From positions 19,581 through 83,580 of the forward strand of contig CAKVBX010000002.1 in the NCBI GenBank assembly GCA_934725685.1: a stretch of DNA of 64,000 nt, written 5' to 3'. The translations under genes were made by a program, and so were the position numbers. This document shows positions 36,043 to 45,921 of this stretch, in pieces. This DNA is from an uncultured Bacilli bacterium. GTDB taxonomy: Bacteria > Bacillota_I > Bacilli_A > RFN20 > CAG-288. The notes beneath the pieces are model-generated. The model saw only the letters and a list, made by a program, of their open reading frames with translations, was not told the origin of the DNA and did not search any database. Position 1 is the stretch's first letter. Each line of letters begins with the position of its first letter.

Positions 36043-36998
36043 GCTACCTCAATCGTTCCAATACCATCGAACGATCCAAGAGAATGGCAAAGGCGGACAG
36101 GATTGTCCGCACTTTGCTGTTTTTGGTCTGCCTTTTTTCCGCAACCTTCATCATTTTCATCGTCGTCTTCATTTTCCTCAAGGGTATCAAGCCGTTTGTA
36201 AGCGATTATGAAATCGACGGAGAGAAGTTCCGTGTCAACTTCTTTTCGTTTCTTACCGGAAACGAATGGCTGAAAGGAAAAGCGGATTATTCGATCGGTT
36301 ATATCATTTTCAATACGATTTATGTCGCTGTTCTCACGATGCTTCTGACGACACCAATCAGTATCTTCACCGCCTTGGTCATCGTCCGGATGAGTCCGAA
36401 GCCGGTATCTGCCGTTCTCAACAGCATCATAGAGATTTTAGCTTCGATTCCTTCCGTCATTTATGGAATGTTCGGCCTCGGTGTCGTCACTAAATGGGCA
36501 AAGAGTCTTTCCGAATTCTTCCACTATCAGTCCTCGGGTGGGCTCTCGACGTTTTCCGTCGTCATTGTTCTGACGATGATGTCAGTTCCGACCGTGACGA
36601 TGCTGACGGCGACGAGTCTGCGTGCCGTCGATCCTAATCTGGAAAAAGGGTCCTTCGCCCTCGGTGCGAGCCGTTCCGAGACGAATTTCCGCGTCATTCT
36701 CCCTGCGGCGAAGTCTGGTATTTTCTCCGGTCTGATCCTTGGCCTTTCCCGTGCGATGGGAGAGGCGACGGCGGTCAGCATGGTCGCCGGCAACCGTCTC
36801 ACCGGACCGAGCTACAACATATTCTCCACGACGAGGACGCTCACTTCGACGATGCTTTCCGGTATGGGAGAGGCAAGCGGACTGGATTATGACATCCGTT
36901 TCTCTGTCGGTATCATCCTGATTTTCCTGATTCTCTTCTTCAATCTGATGCTCAATCTTATGAAACGCCGCCTGGAGAAAGGGGGAAAACGAAGATGA
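36039..36998 (+). CDS. pstC: Phosphate ABC transporter permease PstC
   Basis: BPD_transp_1 core SFALGASRSETNFRVILPAAKSGIFSGLILGLSRAMGE. ATGA coupling on both sides. Confidence 0.9.
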   Translation: MSYLNRSNTIERSKRMAKADRIVRTLLFLVCLFSATFIIFIVVFIFLKGIKPFVSDYEIDGEKFRVNFFSFLTGNEWLKGKADYSIGYIIFNTIYVAVLTMLLTTPISIFTALVIVRMSPKPVSAVLNSIIEILASIPSVIYGMFGLGVVTKWAKSLSEFFHYQSSGGLSTFSVVIVLTMMSVPTVTMLTATSLRAVDPNLEKGSFALGASRSETNFRVILPAAKSGIFSGLILGLSRAMGEATAVSMVAGNRLTGPSYNIFSTTRTLTSTMLSGMGEASGLDYDIRFSVGIILIFLILFFNLMLNLMKRRLEKGGKRR

Positions 36999-38218
36999 AT
37001 CTCTCCTCCCGTTCTCTGAAGATCAGAAAGGCGAAAGATATTCTACGTGATTCGAATGTCTATCTCTTTTCTCTCTTCGGCGTTCTGATTCTTGTCCTCA
37101 TTCTCTTCTTTGTCTTTTCTAACGGCGCTTCCTATCTCACCCCTTCCTTCCTCACTTCCGATTATTATTCGACAAATACGACGGTGAGCTCTTCCGTCGA
37201 TACGGCTGTCGGCACCTATGAGGATCCTGGAATCGACCATGTCTATTTCTCCACACGATGGGGAATCGGACTCGAAGATTCGACCGACCACGAAAAAAAC
37301 AAAACGGTCATCATTACTTACATCGATAAGGATTCTCCCTTCAATCATCTGACCAATGAAGTCGATCAGTCCGAGGTGCGCTGTGAACTGAATCGTTCCG
37401 TCTCCACGTTGTTGCTTATCGATGATGAGGGCCTGATTTTCTTCGGAGAGACGAGAAAAGGGGCTGAAGAGGCTAGTAAGGAGTTCGACAGGGCGAAGAA
37501 CATCTCCTCGATGATTCTTCATACCGAAGGCGGCGGAATCCGTGGTTCCCTTCTCTCGACTCTTTGGATGATCTTTCTCACGCTGATTATCGCTGTTCCT
37601 TTAGGAATCCTCAGTGCCGTCTATCTCTCCCTCATTGCCAAGCAGAACAAATTGACGGATGTCCTTCGATCCCTCATCGACATGTCCGGTGGTATTCCGA
37701 CTATCATCTACGGCCTTGTCGGTGCCATCGTCTTCATTCCTCTCGTCTCATTCTTTTCCAAGAAAAACAATGGCTCTCTTCTCTCCGGCGCCCTGACTCT
37801 GTCGGCCATGCTGCTTCCTGTCATCATCAAGACCACAGAGGAGGCAATCAAGACCGTTCCGCATTCCTATCGGGAAGGTTCCTTGGCTTTGGGCGCTTCC
37901 CAGACACAGACCATCTTCAAGGTAGTCCTTCCCAATGCCCTTCCGGGCATCCTGACTGCCGTTCTTCTTTCGGTGGGAAGAATCATCGGAGAATCGGCAG
38001 CCCTCATCTATTCGATGGGGACAACCATCAAGGATCATGTCATTCTGACGGAAGGAAGCGCAACACTCGCCCTCCACATCTACAAGCTTGTCGCTTTTGA
38101 GAATCCGAACTTCGGCGCCGCCTGTGCCATCTCCATCATCATTCTCGCCATCGATCTTGTCCTAAGTTTGTTCGTCAAGCTGATATCCTACCGCTTCATT
38201 AAGAAATTCAGGAGGTAA
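36995..38218 (+). CDS. pstA: Phosphate ABC transporter permease PstA with an enlarged first extracytoplasmic loop
   Basis: Core motif SLALGASQTQTIFKVVLPNALPGILTAVLLSVGRIIGE. About 140 hydrophilic residues between TM1 and TM2. Confidence 0.9.
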   Translation: MNLSSRSLKIRKAKDILRDSNVYLFSLFGVLILVLILFFVFSNGASYLTPSFLTSDYYSTNTTVSSSVDTAVGTYEDPGIDHVYFSTRWGIGLEDSTDHEKNKTVIITYIDKDSPFNHLTNEVDQSEVRCELNRSVSTLLLIDDEGLIFFGETRKGAEEASKEFDRAKNISSMILHTEGGGIRGSLLSTLWMIFLTLIIAVPLGILSAVYLSLIAKQNKLTDVLRSLIDMSGGIPTIIYGLVGAIVFIPLVSFFSKKNNGSLLSGALTLSAMLLPVIIKTTEEAIKTVPHSYREGSLALGASQTQTIFKVVLPNALPGILTAVLLSVGRIIGESAALIYSMGTTIKDHVILTEGSATLALHIYKLVAFENPNFGAACAISIIILAIDLVLSLFVKLISYRFIKKFRR

Positions 38219-38221
38219 AGA

Positions 38222-38995
38222 ATGGAAGCAAACAATACCAAAGAGAAAGACATCATTTTCGAAGTGGAGAAACTCAATCTCTCCTACGGAGAAAAGCATG
38301 TCCTTCACGATATCGATATGAAAGTCGAGAAGAATCATGTGACCGCCTTCATCGGACCTTCTGGATGCGGAAAATCGACCTTCCTCAGGTGTCTCAACCG
38401 GATGAACGATCTGATTCCTGGATGCAAAGTGACGGGAAAAATCGAATATCTCGGGAAAGACATCACTTCCTATAACCCCATGGTCCTCCGTACCATCATC
38501 GGCATGGTGTTTCAGCAGCCCAATCCCTTCCCAATGTCCATCTACGACAATGTGGTCTATGGTCCGAAATGCCAGGGATTCAAGGACAAGAAAAAACTGA
38601 TGGAACTCTGTGAGTCTTCTTTACGGAAAGCCGGTCTCTTCGAGGAAGTCAAAGACCGATTGAAGGATTCCGCACTCTCCCTTTCGGGCGGACAGCAGCA
38701 GCGTCTTTGTATCGCCAGAGCCATCGCTATGGAACCGGATGTCATTCTGATGGATGAACCCACATCCGCCCTCGATCCGATTGCCACAAAGAAAATCGAG
38801 GACCTCATTCTGGAACTGAAGAAAGACTACTCCATTCTCATTGTCACGCACAATATGCAGCAGGCTTCGAGAATCTCGGATGATACAGCCTTCTTCATGC
38901 TTGGCAATCTCGTGGAATTCAATGAGACCGTCGAACTATTCTCCCATCCGAAGGAGAAGAAGACGGAAGACTATATCACGGGTCGGTTCGGATAA
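38222..38995 (+). CDS. pstB: Phosphate ABC transporter ATP-binding protein
   Basis: Walker [10 protein letters not shown], signature [14 protein letters not shown], Walker [12 protein letters not shown], PstB-typical [10 protein letters not shown]. Confidence 0.95.
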   Translation: MEANNTKEKDIIFEVEKLNLSYGEKHVLHDIDMKVEKNHVTAFIGPSGCGKSTFLRCLNRMNDLIPGCKVTGKIEYLGKDITSYNPMVLRTIIGMVFQQPNPFPMSIYDNVVYGPKCQGFKDKKKLMELCESSLRKAGLFEEVKDRLKDSALSLSGGQQQRLCIARAIAMEPDVILMDEPTSALDPIATKKIEDLILELKKDYSILIVTHNMQQASRISDDTAFFMLGNLVEFNETVELFSHPKEKKTEDYITGRFG

Positions 38996-39013
38996 ACAGA
39001 AAGGAAATCACTT

Positions 39014-39655
39014 ATGGAACTCAAAGAAGAAATCAGCCATCTCAATTCTCTCATCACCCAGATGGCAGGCGTTGTCGAAAAGAATCTGTTCTATGCCTTC
39101 GACGTCTATCTCAACTATGACAATAACAAGTATTATCCCGCCGTCGATGACGACAAGGTGAATGCCTATGAACGATGGATCGAAGCCGATGCCCTCCACA
39201 TTATGCTCAAGGAAAAACTCTATGCCTCCGATCTGCGCGTCGTCACCGGAATCATGAGCATGGTTCAGGATATGGAACGGCTCGGTGACCATGCCAAGGA
39301 CATTCTCGAATTCTCTCTTAAGGTCAAGAATGCCAACCGGAACCAGCCGGAAATCGAGAATCTGGTCGAATTTGTCATCCGCATGGTCAAGGACAGTGTC
39401 AGAAGCTACATGGAAGAGGATGAGAATCTCGCACGGGATGTCATTCTCCGGGATGACCATGTCGATGAAGAGTATGCCAAGCTCATCGATGTCCTCATCA
39501 AAAAGCAGAAAGACAGAGAAATTTCATCGGAATTTACAATCTATACTGCCCTCGTAGTAAAATATATAGAGCGGATTGCAGACCACGCTACCAATATCGC
39601 CGAATGGGTCATCTATATTCTCACCGGCTTCTATAAAGACAAGCAGGTCATCTAG
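39014..39655 (+). CDS. phoU: Phosphate signalling complex protein PhoU
   Basis: Two PhoU repeats (...DLRVVTGIMSMVQDMERLGDHAKDI... and ...YTALVVKYIERIADHATNIAEWVIY). Confidence 0.9.
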   Translation: MELKEEISHLNSLITQMAGVVEKNLFYAFDVYLNYDNNKYYPAVDDDKVNAYERWIEADALHIMLKEKLYASDLRVVTGIMSMVQDMERLGDHAKDILEFSLKVKNANRNQPEIENLVEFVIRMVKDSVRSYMEEDENLARDVILRDDHVDEEYAKLIDVLIKKQKDREISSEFTIYTALVVKYIERIADHATNIAEWVIYILTGFYKDKQVI

Positions 39656-39663
39656 GAGGGCAC

Positions 39664-40323
39664 ATGAAGATCATTTATTCCATCGAAGACGACACCGATA
39701 TTGCAAAAATCATCAATGTTTCCCTGACGAAAGCCGGCTATCTCGTGACAACCTTCCCGGATACCAAATCATTCTGGGAAGCTTTTTCTGCTAAGAAACC
39801 GAACTTGATTCTTCTCGATCTTATGCTTCCCGATGGAAACGGCATGGATGTTCTCCGTACTCTGAGAAGCAACAGTGAAAACAACAACATCAAGATCATT
39901 ATCATCTCCGCGAGAAGAATGACGATGGACAAGGTAGAAGGACTCGATTGTGGTGCGGACGACTATATCGAAAAGCCGTTCGACATTCTTGAACTCATCT
40001 CCCGCGTCAATGCCCGATTCCGTCTCGACCACGAAGTGCTGAAATATCAGGATATCGAACTAGATGTCAACCGTCACATCTGCACCTATAAGAAGAATCC
40101 GGTTGAACTGACCAATACCGAATTCTCAATTCTTCGCCTTCTAATGGAGAACATCGGCAAAGCGATCACCCGCGAGGAAATCTATCACCAGTTCTACGAC
40201 CATGATGACATGGTCGAAAGCCGTGCCATCGACATGCATATCGCTTCCCTCAGAAAGAAACTCAACGATAAAGAGAACCATACAATCCGTACCATTTATG
40301 GTGTCGGATACATCATCGGATGA
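39664..40323 (+). CDS. OmpR-family response regulator (PhoP/PhoB-like)
   Basis: Receiver domain LILLDLMLPDGNG, K in IIIISARR. Winged-helix output LTNTEFSILRLL...IRTIYGVGYII. Confidence 0.85.
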   Translation: MKIIYSIEDDTDIAKIINVSLTKAGYLVTTFPDTKSFWEAFSAKKPNLILLDLMLPDGNGMDVLRTLRSNSENNNIKIIIISARRMTMDKVEGLDCGADDYIEKPFDILELISRVNARFRLDHEVLKYQDIELDVNRHICTYKKNPVELTNTEFSILRLLMENIGKAITREEIYHQFYDHDDMVESRAIDMHIASLRKKLNDKENHTIRTIYGVGYIIG

Positions 40324-42059
40324 AGCGGAAAATCATTCTCTCTCACTTCATCTCCTTGCTGCTTTCTTTTGCTATGATGCTGACTTTAGTTTGCATCTCT
40401 GTTGATAATGTAAATAGGAAAAACACTGAAAATTCGATTCGAAGCAATCTCTATCTTACTAGAGAGGTTTTCAATCAAAAACGCCTTTCGAATACCCGCA
40501 TGTTTGCTATAGTCAGCTCCGCTGACACGATGAAAGCATCCAACTCTGATATCCGTCTCACTTTCCTCGATAAGGATGGTGAAGTTTTATATGATAATGA
40601 TGAAGTCAGCCAAGAGAATCATCTTGAACGGCCGGAGATTCAGCATCTCGGCACCTTGTATTACCGTCATTCCGATACCCTGAACATCGATATGGTCTAT
40701 CTTGCGACCTATCTTTCTAGCGATGCCATTTATATCCGTATCGCCATGCCGCTCAAATCGATGAATTCTTTGATTTACCAAATCATCCTCGGCTCCTCTC
40801 TTTCCATGATTATTATTCTCATCATGGTTTTCTTCTTCGACTATTTCTTCATCGATAAGGAACTCAGGCCCTTAAAAGAAGGCAGTCAGAAACTGTCACG
40901 TCTTGTTTCCCTCGATCCTAATGAAACAAAGAATGAAATCGAAAGCATCACGGAGAGTATTAACGTCGCCGAAAAACTGATTCAGGAAAAGGTCGATGAT
41001 CTGACTGAAGAAAAGGAAAAGCTGAACTATATCATCTCTACCATGAGCCAAGGTCTTGTCATTCTCGACAGCAAAGAGAACATTCTGCTTCTCAACCTGA
41101 CTGCGGAAAAGATTTTCCATGTCGGAAGCGTTAAGACTCTGTCTAAGCTTACGATCATTCCGGAACTTTATACGCTCTATCACCACGCTTTGGAAAACCG
41201 GGAAGAGAATGTCGTTCTTATCATCAACGACCGCCGGTATCTTGTCTCCACGCATCCGATCGGTAACGTCTGGGTGAGAGAAGGAGAGAAAGGATGTTCC
41301 CTTCTTTTCGTCGATGTCTCGGAAGCGCAGAGACTCGAGACGGCAAAGAAGGACTTCTTCGCCAACGCCTCCCATGAACTCAAATCCCCGCTCACTTCGA
41401 TTCTCGGCTACACTCAGATGATCAAGGAAGGCTTCCTCACGGAGCAATCCGAAGTGGAGGATGCTCTCAGCAAGATTCAGTCGGAAGGAAAACGAATGAA
41501 CGAAATCATCATCGGAATGCTCGAACTCTCCAGACTCGAGAGCGAGGACCGGGAGGAAGATCCTGAAGAGAACAGTCTCCGTGAGATTGTGGAGGAAGAA
41601 ATCCGCTTCTTCGAAGTGGAAGCAATGAACAAGAAAATCGATGTCAATGTCTCCGGAAGCACCTTCCCGGTCTATGGACCGAGAGAAGATCTTCTTTCCT
41701 TGGTGAAGAACCTATTGGAGAATGCAATCCGTTACAATCTGGAAGGCGGAAGAGTCGGAATCACTCTTGTTCCGGGAAAGAGGACGTTACGCATCACCGA
41801 TACCGGCATTGGTATCCCCAAGGAAGATCAGGAACGCATCTTTGAACGTTTCTACCGTGTCGATAAGGCGAGAAGCAGAAAACTCGGCGGCACCGGTCTC
41901 GGACTCAGCATCGTCAAACATATCTGCAACAATAACGGAATCACCCTGAGGCTGGAATCGGAAGTCAACAAAGGGACGACCTTCTTATTGACTTTTCCCA
42001 CCAGAGAAGAACTCACCATCTCCGGAAAGAAGAATGATCATGAAAAAGGCACCCTATAG
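40320..42059 (+). CDS. Sensor histidine kinase (PhoR-like)
   Basis: Two TM segments, H-box FFANASHELKSPLTSILGY, N box ENAIRYN, G boxes DTGIGIP and GGTGLGLSIVKHI. Confidence 0.85.
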   Translation: MKRKIILSHFISLLLSFAMMLTLVCISVDNVNRKNTENSIRSNLYLTREVFNQKRLSNTRMFAIVSSADTMKASNSDIRLTFLDKDGEVLYDNDEVSQENHLERPEIQHLGTLYYRHSDTLNIDMVYLATYLSSDAIYIRIAMPLKSMNSLIYQIILGSSLSMIIILIMVFFFDYFFIDKELRPLKEGSQKLSRLVSLDPNETKNEIESITESINVAEKLIQEKVDDLTEEKEKLNYIISTMSQGLVILDSKENILLLNLTAEKIFHVGSVKTLSKLTIIPELYTLYHHALENREENVVLIINDRRYLVSTHPIGNVWVREGEKGCSLLFVDVSEAQRLETAKKDFFANASHELKSPLTSILGYTQMIKEGFLTEQSEVEDALSKIQSEGKRMNEIIIGMLELSRLESEDREEDPEENSLREIVEEEIRFFEVEAMNKKIDVNVSGSTFPVYGPREDLLSLVKNLLENAIRYNLEGGRVGITLVPGKRTLRITDTGIGIPKEDQERIFERFYRVDKARSRKLGGTGLGLSIVKHICNNNGITLRLESEVNKGTTFLLTFPTREELTISGKKNDHEKGTL

Positions 42060-42717
42060 GATTCTTTATGAAGACGATAGTCTTCTTGTGGTCTATAAAG
42101 AACGGGATGTGTTTTCCGTGATGACCGAGGATGTGAAGACAAAGCATCATAATCTCTATTTCTATCTTCAGTGCTACGCAAGAAGAAAACAGGAGAAGGT
42201 CTTTCTTGTACACCGCTTGGATTTTGAGACTAGCGGTGTGATGGTTTTTGCCAAGGAGAAAGAAACGTGCCATCTTCTGAGAGAGACATTTGAAAACAGA
42301 GAGGTGGAACGGCGCTATGAAGCGGTCGTAAAGGAGAGTCTTCCTTCCGATTTCCATCAAACCGTGACCCAGTACCTTAGGGAAGAAAAAAATACCTATC
42401 AGGTCTGCGAAGATCGGAAAAACGGAAAAGAAGCCGTCACGGAGATATCCTATGCCAATCCGATCCAGATTGGTACGGCTTTGGACATCCGGATTGAGAC
42501 AGGAAGGAAAAATCAGATTCGCATGGCCTTACACTATCTTGGGCTCACTCTGATCGGGGATCGGCGTTACAGCAAGGATGAAGCCAAGCGGATGTATCTG
42601 AACGCCTATTCGCTTACCTTTCCGGAAAAACTCAATCTGAAAGAGCGCGTTTTCTCTGTCAGTCCTCTCTGGATCATCGCTCCTTCTTGTAAAGAGGATA
42701 AGAAACCGATAGAATAG
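42034..42717 (+). CDS. RluA-family pseudouridine synthase
   Basis: Catalytic motif VHRLDFETSGVMVFAK and GRKNQIRMAL. Overlaps the kinase gene by 26 nt. Confidence 0.8.
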   Translation: MIMKKAPYRILYEDDSLLVVYKERDVFSVMTEDVKTKHHNLYFYLQCYARRKQEKVFLVHRLDFETSGVMVFAKEKETCHLLRETFENREVERRYEAVVKESLPSDFHQTVTQYLREEKNTYQVCEDRKNGKEAVTEISYANPIQIGTALDIRIETGRKNQIRMALHYLGLTLIGDRRYSKDEAKRMYLNAYSLTFPEKLNLKERVFSVSPLWIIAPSCKEDKKPIE

Positions 42718-42722
42718 GACCC

Positions 42723-43325
42723 ATGCGAAAACATTCCACAATTCACAGGCTTGCTCTCATCAGTGTCTTCGCCGCACTTTATGTGATTCTCTGTCTTCTC
42801 GACATCAATATCGGAAGAATCAAGTTCACCCTTGCGGCGACGGTCGTCTATTTTGCCGCCTTCTGCCTTCCGACAGGGGATTGTTTTCTGTTGGTCCTCC
42901 TCGGGGTGTTCGTTGACCAGCTCATCTACGGACTCAGCCCGACCACCCTCATCTGGATGTTCCCTCCTTTTATCAGACCGCTCCTCATCTCTCCGCTCCG
43001 TGCACTCTTTGCAAGAAACGGAGAAGTTCTCGACGAAAAGAAGATGCTTTCCGTTTTCTTGGTTCTCATCTCATCACTCCTGACCACGTTTTCTAATACC
43101 GGTGCATTAATTCTTGATTCTCTGATTATCGGTTATCCGTATCAGGCAATCCTCTATGATGTCCTAATTCAGGCCCTCATCACTATGGTGACCGGCGGTG
43201 TCGAGATTGTCCTTCTCTTTCCGCTCTTCCGTGCACTGAGGAAAGCTGGATTCATCGAAGACGGAAACCAGCTGAGAAAAAAGATGTTCGAACGTACTCT
43301 GAAAGAGTCAGAGAAAGCGAAATGA
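42723..43325 (+). CDS. Putative ECF-transporter S component (substrate unknown)
   Basis: About 6 TM segments, size and N-terminus (RLALISVFAALYVILCLL..) resemble ECF S components. No specific motif recognised. Confidence 0.4.
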   Translation: MRKHSTIHRLALISVFAALYVILCLLDINIGRIKFTLAATVVYFAAFCLPTGDCFLLVLLGVFVDQLIYGLSPTTLIWMFPPFIRPLLISPLRALFARNGEVLDEKKMLSVFLVLISSLLTTFSNTGALILDSLIIGYPYQAILYDVLIQALITMVTGGVEIVLLFPLFRALRKAGFIEDGNQLRKKMFERTLKESEKAK

Positions 43326-43350
43326 TTCTTTTCTGCTTATTCTGACAGAT

Positions 43351-43378
43351 AAAAACACCTGGTAATCCAGGTGTTTTT
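43351..43378 (+). terminator. Rho-independent terminator
   Basis: AAAACACCTGG-TAAT-CCAGGTGTTTT. Confidence 0.85.
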
Positions 43379-43384
43379 ATCATG

Positions 43385-43414
43385 AAAAAAGACACTGCTC
43401 CGAAGAGCAGTGTC
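43385..43414 (-). terminator. Rho-independent terminator of the nfnAB operon
   Basis: Minus strand GACACTGCTC-TTCG-GAGCAGTGTC followed by TTTTTT. Confidence 0.85.
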
Positions 43415-43433
43415 CATTGTGTCTGAAAAAAGT

Positions 43434-44933
43434 TTACTTCTTCTGGATGTATTCGTCGATGGCCTTAGCGGCTTTGCGGCCAGCACCCATGGCAAGGATG
43501 ACGGTGGCAGCACCGGTGACGGCATCGCCGCCCGCGAAGACACCATCTTTTGTGGTCTCGTTGTTCTCTTCGTTGACGATGAGGCAACCATGCTTGTTGG
43601 TCTCAATGCCGGGAGTCGTGTGCTTGATGAGCGGGTTCGGCGTCGTTCCGATAGCGATGATGACACAGTCGCACGGAATGGTGTAGATGGCTTCCGGATC
43701 CTCTTCGAGAGTGACAGGGACAGGTCTTCTTCTGCCAGAGGCGTCGGGTTCACCAAGTTTCTGCTTCTGAACCTTGATGCCGATGACACTTCCATAGTTA
43801 GGATTGAAATCGGCAGCTCTCGGAGACGGAGAACCGGTACGATCTTCCAAAATTTCAATCGGATTTCTAAGAAGGTCGAAAATGACGCCTTCTTCCTCGG
43901 CGTGTTCGACTTCTTCCTTACGGGCAGGGAGCTCTTCCTTACTTCTTCTGTAGACGCAGGTGACGTGTTCGGCACCGAGTCTGAGAGGAGTTCTAAGAGC
44001 ATCCATGGCGACGTTTCCGCCACCGACGACGACAACATTGTGGGCATGCTGAATCGGAGTCTTGGAAGTATCGAGATAAGCCTTCATCAGGTTGACTCTG
44101 GTGAGGAATTCATTGGCGGAATAGACGCCCTTGGCATTTTCGCCAGGGATTCCAAGGAATCTCGGAAGACCGGCACCCGTGCCGACGAAGCAGGCTTCAA
44201 AGCCATACTGTTCCATGAGTTCATCGATGGACATGACTCTGCCGATGACCATATCAGTAAGAATCTTGACGCCCATTCTCTTGAGGCCTTCGATTTCGTT
44301 CTGGACTATGGCCTTCGGAAGTCTAAACTCCGGAATACCATACATCAAGACGCCACCGGCGACATGGAGGGCTTCAAACATGGTGACTTCATAACCGGCT
44401 TTGGCAAGGTCGTAAGCGCAGGCAAGGCCGGAAGGACCGGAACCGATGACGGCAATCTTGTGACCATTGTGCTTGATTTCACAGGTAGTGGGGACGACAT
44501 GGTTTCTGTGCCAGTCGGCGACGAAACGCTCGAGACGGCCGATACCGACGGATTCACCCATGCCGGTGACAACCATTTTGCCTTCGGCATTCTTTTCACG
44601 GACAGGCATCTTGGCTCTCAGACAATTCTGCTCACACTGAGTTTCCTGAGGGCAGACACGGCCGCAGACGGCCGGAAGGGAAGAGGACTGAGAAATGATC
44701 TGATAGGCGCCTTCGAAATCACCTTCGGCGACTTTGCCGATGAAGGCAGGGATGTTGATATGGACAGGGCATCCAGGAACGCAGCCCGGGTTCTTGCACT
44801 GCATGCAGCGCTTTGCTTCATCGATGGCAAGCTCTTCGGAATAACCGATGGCGACTTCATCGAAATTATGTCTGCGGACTTCAGGGGCCTGAGTCGGCAT
44901 GGCATTCTTCTTAGGATTCATGTTGAACGGCAT
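43434..44933 (-). CDS. nfnB: NfnB / GltD-like NADPH-dependent oxidoreductase (glutamate synthase small-chain family, 2x[4Fe-4S] plus FAD)
   Basis: RCMQCKNPGCVPGCPVHINIP cluster motif, CGRVCPQETQCE, dinucleotide folds IAVIGSGPSGLACA and VVVVGGGNVAMD. Paired with the NfnA-like gene. Confidence 0.8.
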   Translation of the reverse strand: MPFNMNPKKNAMPTQAPEVRRHNFDEVAIGYSEELAIDEAKRCMQCKNPGCVPGCPVHINIPAFIGKVAEGDFEGAYQIISQSSSLPAVCGRVCPQETQCEQNCLRAKMPVREKNAEGKMVVTGMGESVGIGRLERFVADWHRNHVVPTTCEIKHNGHKIAVIGSGPSGLACAYDLAKAGYEVTMFEALHVAGGVLMYGIPEFRLPKAIVQNEIEGLKRMGVKILTDMVIGRVMSIDELMEQYGFEACFVGTGAGLPRFLGIPGENAKGVYSANEFLTRVNLMKAYLDTSKTPIQHAHNVVVVGGGNVAMDALRTPLRLGAEHVTCVYRRSKEELPARKEEVEHAEEEGVIFDLLRNPIEILEDRTGSPSPRAADFNPNYGSVIGIKVQKQKLGEPDASGRRRPVPVTLEEDPEAIYTIPCDCVIIAIGTTPNPLIKHTTPGIETNKHGCLIVNEENNETTKDGVFAGGDAVTGAATVILAMGAGRKAAKAIDEYIQKK

Positions 44934-44935
44934 GA

Positions 44936-45787
44936 TTATTTACCCTCCTTGAGAAGATTGCATTCTTCTTCATATTTCTTGTGTTCCCAGCTACGATACA
45001 TGGTGTTTCTTTCGGCAGCGGAATCAAAATCGACTTCCCAACCATCGAAGTCAGGACCATCGACGCAGGCAAACTTCATCTGTCCGCCGACCATGACTCG
45101 GCAGCAGCCGCACATACCAGTACCATCAATCATGATAGGGTTCATGGAGACGACGGTTTTGATTCCGTATTTCTTGGTGAGGATGCAGATATTCTTCATC
45201 ATGACGATAGGCCCGATGGCGATGACTTCATCGAACTGTTCGCCAGTGGCCTGACGGCGGATGATTTCTTCTTCGAGACCCTGGGTGACGAAACCTTTGG
45301 TTCCCCAGCTTCCGTCATCGGACATCTTGACGAAAATCTTGGATGCATCTTCGAATTCCTTCTCAAGGATGACGAGATCCTTGTTGCGGAAACCGGCGAC
45401 AGAAGTGACTTCGGCACCACGCTTTTCCAGGGCATAAGCTAAAGGATAGGCAATGGCGCAACCAGCACCGCCACCGACGATGGCGACTCTCTTGAGACCT
45501 TCGAGTTCACTCGGTCTTCCTAAAGGACCAACGAAATCGGCGAGGTATTCGCCTTCGTTGAGACGGGCGAGTTCGACCGTTCCGGCACCGACAATCTGGA
45601 AGATGATGGTGACAGTACCATTCTCCGGATCTTCACCAGCGATAGTGAAAGGAATACGTTCGCTGTCTTCGTGGGTTCTCAGAATGATGAATTGACCAGG
45701 CTGAGCTTTTTTGGCGACATAAGGAGCTTCGATAACGAGACGGATGATAGTCGGGTTAAGGATGTCCTTTTTCACGATCTTAAACAT
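44936..45787 (-). CDS. nfnA: NfnA / sulfide dehydrogenase-like FAD/NAD-binding subunit with C-terminal [2Fe-2S]
   Basis: PGQFIILR..RIPFTIAG FAD motif, VGGGAGCA NAD motif, C-terminal DGTGMCGCCRV...KFACVDGPDF. Confidence 0.8.
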   Translation of the reverse strand: MFKIVKKDILNPTIIRLVIEAPYVAKKAQPGQFIILRTHEDSERIPFTIAGEDPENGTVTIIFQIVGAGTVELARLNEGEYLADFVGPLGRPSELEGLKRVAIVGGGAGCAIAYPLAYALEKRGAEVTSVAGFRNKDLVILEKEFEDASKIFVKMSDDGSWGTKGFVTQGLEEEIIRRQATGEQFDEVIAIGPIVMMKNICILTKKYGIKTVVSMNPIMIDGTGMCGCCRVMVGGQMKFACVDGPDFDGWEVDFDSAAERNTMYRSWEHKKYEEECNLLKEGK

Positions 45788-45869
45788 ACATTACCTCCGT
45801 GTAACACATCTATTTTAATAACACATGTCTTATATTTCTACCATGAATTGTTCTTTTTTATAAATTGTT

Positions 45870-45903
45870 AAAAGGAAAAGACAGGCCCGGCGAACCGGGC
45901 CTG
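45870..45903 (-). terminator. Terminator after the alcohol dehydrogenase gene
   Basis: Minus strand CAGGCCCGG-TTCG-CCGGGCCTG followed by TCTTTTCCTTTT. Confidence 0.8.
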
Positions 45904-45921
45904 CTTGATAGGACGTATGGA

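Noticed and set aside
43410-45254. A 614-aa ORF on the plus strand spanning the nfnB/nfnA region. Similar long antisense ORFs occur at 31381-32811 (opposite alaS), 10649-11767 and 8969-9793 (opposite ileS), 50884-51879 (opposite rny) and 3432-4436 (opposite the 966-aa lipoprotein).
   Set aside because: All lie exactly antisense to genes with strong, motif-supported identities. Their products are low-complexity (D/G/R/S-rich) with no motifs. The sense genes avoid TTA/CTA/TCA codons, which removes stops from the opposite strand. These are shadow ORFs, not overlapping genes.
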